Shown here: piece by piece, positions 55,042 to 64,000 of the stretch
Numbering within the stretch: the stretch's first letter is position 1
Layout of the letters: every line of letters begins with the position of its first letter
Assembly (NCBI RefSeq): GCF_964355755.1
Contig: NC_092676.1
Coordinates: 28,228,871 to 28,292,870, forward strand
DNA length: 64,000 bases
From: Antedon mediterranea
Lineage: Eukaryota > Animalia > Echinodermata
Direction of reading: 5' to 3'
Notes under the pieces: generated by a model
Database searches by the model: none
Told to the model about the DNA's origin: nothing
Seen by the model: only the letters and a program-made list of their open reading frames with translations
Program-made: the position numbers and the translations under genes

Positions 55042-57158
55042 ACGAATCAACACATGACGCTAATTTAAAACGTGTCATGGACCGTACAAAGGAAGTTGGG
55101 TTAAAACTCAACCCAAACAAATGCATGGTGAAGTCCCAAAGAATTAAATTCTTTGGAAATATTCTCACACACAAGGGTCTTGAACCAGATCCAAGTAAAG
55201 TTACATCAATTATAAACATGACACCTCCAACAAACGTAACAGAACTACAATCACTACTGGGCATGGCCAATTATCTTGGACGTTTCACTCCAAATTTGGC
55301 AACCATCACAAGTTGTCTTCGAGACTTAACAAAGAAAGACGTGATTTTCTCATGGGGCCCAGAACACCAAGCCGCTTTTAAAAAACTGAAAGAGGCAATC
55401 AGCGCAACGCCAACGCTGGCATACTTTAATCACAAAAAAGAAGTTACTGTACAAACTGATGCCAGTATGCGAGGCCTCGGAGCGACTCTAATGCAAAATG
55501 GACAACCGGTTGCTTACGCAAGCAAAAGCCTCACAGACACTGAGAGAAATTACTGTAACATTGAACGAGAAATGCTGGGTGTCGTTTTTGGACTTGAACG
55601 GTTTCATCATTATATATACGGAAGACATATTACCATTGAGACCGATCACAAGCCTCTCGAGGCTATTACAAAAAAACATCTGAGGAATGCACCACCCAGA
55701 CTCATGCGAATGCTACTTCGAATACAGAAGTACGACTTTACCGTCAAATACATTCCGGGACGAGAAATACCCGTTGCCGATGGACTGTCACGGTTGCCAG
55801 TCAAGGGCGAAGAGATAAAGGATATCGACATTACCATTCACGACATTACATGCACTACAGCATCCAGACTGGAAAAGATAAGACATTCAACTCAAAACGA
55901 CAAAACACTTAACATCCTTACACATATAATTGCTGAAGGATGGCCAGAAACCCATAGCACGTGCCCAAAGGAAGCAATGCCTTTTTGGAACTTTCGAGAA
56001 GAGCTAGTCAGTCACAATGGAGTAGTTCTGAAAGGAAACCGTGTTATAATTCCAAAGGAAATGCAGAGAGAGATTCTTGACAAAATACATACAGGACATC
56101 AAGGTATAGAGAAATGTCGACTTAGAGCCCGAGAATCAGTATTCTGGTGCGGTATTAATTCCGATATTGACAACATGGTCAAACAATGTAGTGTTTGTCA
56201 ACACAATCAAGTAGCCCAGCAACAAGAGCCACTGATCCCCATTGAAGCCAGCAAACCATGGGATATAATCGGATCTGATCTATTTCACTGGAACGGACAC
56301 AACTACTTGCTGGTAGTGGACTACTACAGTTCGTATGTAATAATACGGAAGTTAACAAGTATCACCTCACAAGCAATCGTAAGCAAACTTAAAATCATAT
56401 TCTCTGAATTCGGAATTCCAAACACATTCATAAGCGATAATGGCAAACAGTACGACTCTGATGAATTTCGAATGTTCACGAACACTTACAATTTTAAACA
56501 CACTACAAGCAGTCCGAGATATCCACAATGTAACGGCAAGGCAGAGAGATTTGTGGGTATCACAAAGAAAGCGCTGGAGAAGTCGTATGAAGCTGGAGAT
56601 GACCCTGCCTTAGCACTCCTATGTCTACGCACCACACCCCTTCAAGCAGGAATGCCCTCACCAGCAGAGATCATGTTTGGACGCAAGATACAGGCAAACT
56701 TACCGGTAATAAGCACCAATAAGTATGATCACACAAAATTTACTCGTTCAACAAAATGGTATACTCACTATAATCAACATGCTAAACCACTCAAGGAACT
56801 TCAGAACGGACAAAGCGTAAGGGTCCAAGACTATAAAACCAAGAAATGGAAACCAGCGATCATAGACAAACCAAGTTCAGAACCCAGATCATACCTTCTG
56901 ACCACATCAACAGGAGCCCAGTATCGTAGAAACCGTCGACACATACGGACAACTGGCGAAACCTTCCAAAAAACACTAAGCGATGATTCACAGGACATTA
57001 TCAGTGAACCTGACACACTAAAAGACGCCAAGCCAACAAATACACCACCACTAATTGAATCACCTAAGCTCATGCCTACACCTACGATCGGACAAGAAAA
57101 CCAATATGTAACTAGATCTGGCCGAACAGTGAATCCACCAAAGCGTCTGGACTTGTAA
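55042..57158 (+). CDS. Gag-Pol polyprotein, C-terminal part (rest of RT, RNase H, integrase)
   Basis: In frame with the N-terminal part once the insert is removed (FGK|DESTHDANLKRVMDR; 1330 aa total). RNase H TDAS, NIERE, TDHKPL, ADGLSR; integrase HTGH...CSVC, GSDLF, ISDNG, NGKAER. Confidence 0.93.
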
Positions 57159-57373
57159 TACAGTATAATAATACAGTAATATTAATAAATCACAACTTGA
57201 ACTTGACTGCAGCTATACATATCAATCTAATAACTCTATATGAACGTTTTACAAAGTTATATAAACTAGCATACAACGAACAGTGATACACGTATGCAAT
57301 AACCAATTCATGATACTTTACTATTTATTTTTTTTTAAATTACAAGTTAGACACAATATTTAAAGAAGGGAGA

Positions 57374-57565
57374 TGTCACAGTATTGATCTGCTGCCACCT
57401 ACAGTTATGACTCAACTAATATATTATTTGCTGCCACCTATTGTGGGTTGACCTTTGAGTGAATAAAGGCACTTCGATATAGTTAATGCTACATGTGTGT
57501 GAGCCTGTTTATTACTGGGTTTGAATCTAAGAAAGCATTCACCATCAAGCACATACATCACGACA
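57374..57565 (+). repeat. 3' LTR
   Basis: Follows the PPT, is followed by the TSD, identical by eye to the 5' LTR. Confidence 0.95.
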
Positions 57566-59036
57566 ATGCATACACAGCAGTATTGATTAAAAATAACATT
57601 ATTGGAGAAAACAATAAAATATATGAGAACAAAAAAATTCCAGCTGTTTGCGAAGATGTTCGTCATTGTACAGTGGAAATGACAAATATGATCGTTATTT
57701 CATGGCACGGTAACCAGATAATAAATAAAAAAGGCACACCAAAAAACAAAAAAAAGGTTCCAAAAGATGCAAAGAAGAGCATATTTAAAGCTCTTCAGCG
57801 TCACGCATTTGACCTCGTAAAGGAATACAGTTTACCGGTTATCATTGGTGGAGATTTTAATATAACATTCAACGAACTCGAAAGTTTAGAGACAGTAGGC
57901 CTACCAACAGAGTGCGATCATCATTACTTTCAAAGTCCAAATGACCTAAACGTCGGCGAAGAGAAAATTAGAAGTGATATTGATTTCTTTTATGTAGTAC
58001 TCCCTAATTTACTCGGTACAGCAACCCCATTTCTACCGCATTTTGCAGAATCACAAACAAATGAGAACACAGAGGGAGTGAGTGCATCGCCACAACAAGA
58101 TGAAACCTCCGTTGATGAAATTACACCTGATATGGCAAATGTGAATCTAGACGAAGACAATTCTGTCGTTGTAAAAGACTTTGTGTAGTACATAGTGTTT
58201 TTAGTTCTGTAGGCCTAACAGGTCTGATTAAACATTTCTGTAGGTCTGAAATACTAGTGTATATTAGTAGTTCTAAATAGTACACAGATAACAATATATT
58301 ATATCGACAAACAAAATGTATGTTTTTATTCACAAAGTTATTTTTGTTGTCATTTTTTAATGATACGTATCCCATGATGTAATATATTTCACGTGTTTTC
58401 CTATACATGATACACGTTTTAATGTTTATATATACAAACAATTATATATGTAGGTAAATCTATTGAAAAATATAAGAAAATTATGAAATAAAGAAGATTA
58501 GATAACAATGGATTAAACAAATATTAACTGTTGTATTATAAAAAATATTAATGATATGAATTAATGAATAAAAGTGGTGGTTCACGCCACAGACGAGAGT
58601 TACATTCTTATTTGCTTCTTTATGATTGCTTATTCAGCTGAAGGTGACCTAGGATTTATTCCAACAGAGGCTATATAAGTTCTTATAATTCAGAGGGTTG
58701 TAAAGCCGGCCAACAATAATGCTCAGTATAAAACCTGACCGGATACAACCTCATGGTATTGTTATTATCGTGAACGACAATGTGAATTAGTCTTAAATTC
58801 ATCTGAATGATGGATAAAAATAAGTCTGGACTGTTTGAAGCACCTTTGGCTGGTCCCATCAACCAAGGGCTTCTCTCGTCCAGTGCCCACTGCATAATGC
58901 CTTCTATAACTCTTTTATGCAAGGTTTTAAATGACCGCACATCAAGTACTTTTTCAGAGATATATTTATACATAATACATAGGATCGCAATTAAATAAAG
59001 TTAACAAGGTTTGTTTAATTCATCATATCATTATTG

Positions 59037-60638
59037 TTTATTAGGTGATCATTTAGAATAAAATGATCACCTATTGTTATTGTATGAAATCTTTATTATT
59101 ATTTTTTTTTTCTTTTTATTGTTTCTGTACACTATTTTGTGTAACAATTATCTCAAAACGTTTAATGTCAATGATTACCAAAATTTCAGAATATCTTTCA
59201 AATAATATAACTTAATCCTAATTAGCTTTCCAGCGTGATCACTCATCCGTGACGTCATTTATACGCCATTTTGTGAAATCACATTATTAATCATATCTCC
59301 ATAATTCATTATGACATATTAATGAAATTCACTACAGGTAAACTTCAGGTCAAGGGTAAAAATATTAGCAAATAAAAAGTTGCGCGTTTCAAGGTCATGC
59401 ACGTGAAATCGTGCGTTAAAAATTTAAAACGTGCACAATTAGGTTTTGATCAATTTAGAGCATGAATTAGGCCATTTGCGCGTTTCAAAAAAATTACTGC
59501 GCAAAAATGCGTTTTTGTGCGCACGATTCTTAAAATGCGTAAAAAATAAAATTTGATGTATAAATTACATTCTACTCACAATCCTTAGTAGTACATTCAC
59601 CAATTTTGAGTCCATTCCGACTTAAAATAACGCTATACGAGCACGTTAAAAATGACAAAATGCGCACACTAATTGTACAAAAGTGCTAAAAATGGTAAAA
59701 AATAAGGACTTTTTAAAATGAATATAACTCTTCAGAATGGCAGATGACCCCCCAATTTTTTTAACTTATTATGGAAGCCAATCAGTTGTAGATACAAATG
59801 TATATACACATTAGACGTACAAAATGGTATGACGTCAAATGGCCACTTGAATTTAAAAATTAGGAATTTTTATCTTTTTGTGTGGGTTATCACATTCAAT
59901 AGAGCGCATCTCCGTTATTTGAGCCCGATTTTCGCACAACTTTTAGTATGTGCTTGCTCAATTAATTATTCTTCTAATGAGTTGTCAACATTTTTATTTT
60001 GATGACGTCATCACGCGTAAAAACTTGAATAACCTAGGTCGTGTAATTTCAGCTACACCATACATTTGAATATCTTATAGCTCTTCAGAATTAAAGGTGA
60101 CCTTGAAGATTATAACTTATTATGAAAGCTGATGAAATGTAAATATGAATTCATATTAAAATTAAGCCTATCGGATGTTGTGATGTTATCATATGGCCAG
60201 TTGAAGTTAAAAAGTAGTTTTTAAATTTCTTTAGTCAAAGTTATACAAATTTCAAAGACCGCGCATTGCGCTTCTACGTGTCAAATTTTCTTCCAATCCT
60301 TATATTTATTTGCTCAATTCATTATCTTTCTAAATTGTCATCTTCGAGTTTATTTTGAAAATTCCATCATACCAAAAAATTAGAACACGATATGAGTCCC
60401 GTAAATTCACCTATGCTACACTGTATATAGATATACAGTATATACTGTACATATTGTATGACACATAATAGGTAGAACTCAGCACTATAAGTGTATATGC
60501 ATCATGTCATAGGATGGCGTACATCAACTTTTAACGATCGTATGTAAACGTACATGCATGTTTAAAAAATGTTAATTTTATTAAAATGATAAAAATGATC
60601 ACCTATAATTCGTCAAAGTGACGAATTAAATTCTAGTT
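59037..60638. mobile_element. Non-autonomous Helentron/HINE-like element
   Basis: Hairpin AGGTGATCATTT-N-AAATGATCACCT at one end; the AAAATGATCACCTAT motif recurs at the other end followed by hairpin AATTCGTCA-N-TGACGAATT and CTAGTT; T-rich flanks, no TSD; internal degenerate ~370-bp repeat. Confidence 0.55.
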
Positions 60639-60905
60639 TCCTCTTAATGTTGAATTGTATTTTGAATTCATGAGGATCATTAATAATGGTGGTCACTGTA
60701 ATCGTCAATATCAGTTTCCGTTTCGTATGGAAACACCAATAATAAAATAACGGTGTTTAAAATAATAAGGAAATAATAACATGAAAACAATATTTAAAAT
60801 ATAGACTTACCCAAAAAGGAAAACAGAATCAACATACAATTCGAAACGGAAGGACGTTTGTAACACTGTTATTTGTTGTTTTAAGATTTCTTATTGTTAA
60901 TTCAG

Positions 60906-61189
60906 TTGAAGATGACCTAGAATTTAGTGCAAAGACAGGCACTATAGTTCTGAGTGAAGGATCAAGAGGCCAACTAGAATGCTCAGTATCAGACATGACA
61001 AAATATACAATCTCATGGTATAGAGAAACAAGAAATGGTGACAGAACAATCATTTACAGAGATGGAATGCTGATACTGAACAACTTGAGAAGAGAACAAG
61101 CATACAGCAACCATATATTATATGTTCAAATAAGACAAGCACGTGGACGATATCTTGGTTATTTTCTTAATCGTAATAATTACACATGA
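60906..61189 (+). pseudogene. Degenerate immunoglobulin-like domain exon
   Basis: After ttcag acceptor, phase 1: EDDLEFSAKTGTIVLSEGSRGQLECSVSDMTKYTISWYRE...DGMLILNNLRREQA (B-strand Cys, C-strand Trp, LxLxxL); the YxC strand is not in frame. More decayed copy at 58638-58760. Confidence 0.55.
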
Positions 61190-62349
61190 TTTAACAGTTG
61201 ACACTGTGCTTCGTCAGCTCTATTACTTTTATTGATACATTTAAGGACTATATAGAATATAATATCGAATTGAATTCTTATTATATGCTGACTATAATTG
61301 AATTTTTTTTACCGACATTTGAATTTTCGCTTAAAAGATAAAATAGTAGGCCTAATTAAAATTTATTTTTATATAACCCATTTCTGCAATTCATTTTTTA
61401 TAAACCGATGCTTATAGCATTTATTGCGATAGCAAAAGTGCATCTTAATATAATTATTGTACAGTATTAAATATTGTTTATTTCAGAGCCCCAATTTGAC
61501 ATGCACTTAAGCCTACTTTTCCTGCAGACAGATAGGCCTACTCTTGAATGCTCGACCAAGTTATACACGCCAAAATAGACATAAGCTATTTCTTAATAGG
61601 AAATTGGAATGTAGTGTTAGTTTATTAGAAAGATCGTCAATTTCGTATGAGTATGATTGTAAGTTTCGTATAAGTTTAAAGTGTTAATTCATTTTAATAC
61701 GGTAGGTAGGTCTATACATTTTTAAGAAAAGAAATTTGCTAACCAGTGATAATATTTATGTTAAACCTGTAGATACTGCGCTGAGATAATTAAGTAATGA
61801 TAACAAGCTGATATTATTCTCGACCCAGAATTCTAAACGCATTGCTCCTGTCTTTTCTATCGTGAAAATAGAATAACATTACTAAACACGCGATATCTAA
61901 AAATATATGTTCTTTTATCATATAGAATAATTGATGATTTTTAGTTTGTAAATTTCATGCTGGTACTGTCCTCGTTGGAATTTTATTTCACAACTGGCAT
62001 ATTTTATTTGTAAACAGTTCGTTTCTGTACACAATTTAAAGTTCCATGCTTCATCTGGCCAATTATGTTATTATATTTCCTATTATCAATTTGTTCTCAT
62101 TCAAGGCAACAGGGAAATAAAAGAAACTTAGTGTCTCTGAACTCTGCAAAATCATTTTTGTATTTTTATATACACCGACATTTTAGTTTTGTTATAAAAT
62201 AATAAATGCAAGTTAGATATTCTTTTTTCGTTTTTAATTAAACAAACACACGAATACTTCATTTAAAAAAAATGCCATTCAATGTATGATAATCCATGTG
62301 ATCCATTTATTTTATTAGTTCGAATTAGAAATACATCATGTTTTATTTA

Positions 62350-62667
62350 TTTTTTTTTTATTTTTTTTAAATTTTATTTTATGTCTTTAGGCAATGTGGC
62401 CAAGGATTACCAATAGTGAATTAATCACTGTCCTATCAGATATGTGGTAATACCCCTGATACAGGGGCTATTGTGTGAACCAGTTCACCGGGGTAACCCC
62501 CTACTCTTTTTCGAATAATGAACTGGGTTATTTAAAGTACACACAGGTTATAACTGTGTACACTGGACTTACGGTTTATAGTCCTTATCCGAGAAGACTT
62601 GTTCCACCACCAGAACTAGGAGCGAGTCGGCCTCGAACCCTTGCCGATGTTGTTGTTGGCTCTTTAA
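62350..62667 (-). mobile_element. Same SINE family, 5'-truncated
   Basis: Reverse complement of ~53670-53980, with a T-rich tail at ~62340-62385. Confidence 0.75.
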
Positions 62668-63076
62668 TACAGTTCTATATAATCATGGAAGTTAAATTAT
62701 TTCTCCATGGTATAATCTATTCTCTTATTTGTTGATCAGATATGCTCATACATTTTACTTGATCAGAAGTTATAATGATCTTATTTATAGGCGCAGGCTC
62801 AGCCGTATTAATTTGACCAATGACAAGCGATGGATTTGTTTTCGAGCCGTGAAAAGAATCAACACGTAACACTAATACACGAGTCATCACTTGTCATTGG
62901 TCAAATTACTAAGTTTCGTAATAATATCTATACGGTTTACTTATTGATCCTGCATAAGTATTCATTATTATTCATACAACAAGTAAAATATGAATAGATA
63001 TTTGTATTCACTTCAACTAACGAGAGCAAGCAATCGATGAAGCAAAAGCAATTAGTCTACCTGGCTACATCACAAA

Positions 63077-63151
63077 ATGGCACCTCATAATCCTGTTACT
63101 GCTACTTATTATATGTCTGGTGAGGAAAATTACAAGCTTACAACTTACAAT
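63077..63151 (+). pseudogene. EEP-domain gene copy 3, N-terminal fragment only
   Basis: MAPHNPVTATYYMSGEENYKLTTYN matches copy 2 MGPHNPVSATCTLGKKEYKLTTYN; upstream 62810-62910 resembles 49750-49845; similarity stops where repeat-like sequence begins. Confidence 0.7.
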
Positions 63152-63229
63152 AACAACAAACCACATAAATCTATTGGTAATAACATTTTGATAATTTTTT
63201 AATATATAGCAATTAAACAGTTTATATAC

Positions 63230-64000
63230 TACTTATTGGTTCCTAGAAATGCAAAATATGTTGACTAAATTCAAAGTTATTAGCAAAAATGTTACCCCTT
63301 ACCCCATAATTTTTAATAATTACAAATTACTATTACGGTCACAATTCCTAATATTATTACACAGGTTTATTTGTTTTTAATCTTTAACTTCAATTTCTTG
63401 TCCATTGTCTTTATAGGTTTAAAAGAAAAGTTAGATTTGGTGTATTTTTGCGTTAAATATTGAAACTTTATTAATGTTACATTTGGACGAAATTGCATTT
63501 CTTTAAATGTTCAATGACCTTTTGACCTACAATGAAGTCAATATATGTTACGTTTTATTTTTTCATAATGAATATAACAATTAGGCAACCTACGCAGTAC
63601 ATATTAATACCAAAAATATGCAAATGTGATCACTAAATCCAAAGTTATTAGGAAAAATGTAACCCCTTACCCTATAATTGTTAATAATACATTACTATTA
63701 ACAGACAGAATGTCCTCATAAATTCACAGAATATTTGTTTGTTAAATTCAATTTTCTTATTTATTGTGTCTATAGGTTTAAGTTTGCATAAGATATCTTG
63801 TATTTTTGTGTTTAAAATTGAAATGTATAAGCTAATTTAGAAGAAATTGCATTTTTTATTAAAGGTCATTGACCTTTGACCTCTAAAAGACATCAATAGA
63901 TGTTCGATTCATTTTTAAAAGCATATTACAATAAAGAAATCCATACACTACATACTGATAACAAGAAAATGTAAATCTGTTCACGAAATCTTAAGTTATT
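63230..64000. repeat. ~365-bp degenerate tandem repeat, probably interior of a non-autonomous element
   Basis: ACTAAAT.CAAAGTTATTAG.AAAAATGT.ACCCTTACC and TGACCTTTGACCT each occur twice ~365 bp apart. Confidence 0.6.

Larger units (their letters stand above)
50291..57565 (+). mobile_element. Full-length Ty3/Gypsy LTR retrotransposon (Mag-like)
   Basis: Identical 192-bp LTRs (TG...CA) at 50291-50482 and 57374-57565; 5-bp TSD ATGCA (50286-50290, 57566-57570); PBS TGGTGTCAGAA at 50483 (tRNA-Leu-like); PPT AAAGAAGGGAGA at 57362-57373; domain order gag-PR-RT-RH-IN. Confidence 0.97.
50075..58188 (+). pseudogene. EEP-domain gene copy 2, interrupted by an LTR retrotransposon
   Basis: Removing the element and one TSD joins 50075-50290 to 57571-58188 into a stop-free 277-aa ORF (TTYNAG, DIVFFQE, GNA|YTAVLIK, ISWHG, VIIGGDFN, IDFFY) colinear with copy 1. 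Candidate TATAAATA at ~49888. Confidence 0.85.

Noticed and set aside
58683-58998. Overlapping 96-aa and 63-aa ORFs
   Set aside because: No recognisable motifs or clear splice context; could be a decayed exon but unsupported.

Overview
AT-rich, intron-containing animal genomic DNA, most likely an invertebrate deuterostome such as an echinoderm (inferred from gene content and repeat types, not proven). Left half: a 4-exon Dbx homeobox gene (8537-12341), a ~19 kb non-coding interval, a 3-exon FoxQ2 forkhead gene (31458-33602), then an 11-exon TM7SF3 gene (34214-41378); all on +, all with consistent GT-AG junctions and open frames. Right half: a degraded triplicated segment, each copy carrying a TM7SF3 last exon (or relic) followed by an intronless EEP/DNase-I-fold gene. 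All three EEP copies are broken. The second is split by a Ty3/Gypsy LTR retrotransposon with identical LTRs; this is split in its RT domain by a Sola2-type DNA transposon, which itself contains a tRNA-derived SINE (four nested layers). MITEs, an Academ-like foldback, a Helentron-like element, SINEs and minisatellites are scattered throughout. All calls come from reading the sequence and from motif recognition; no database searches were run.
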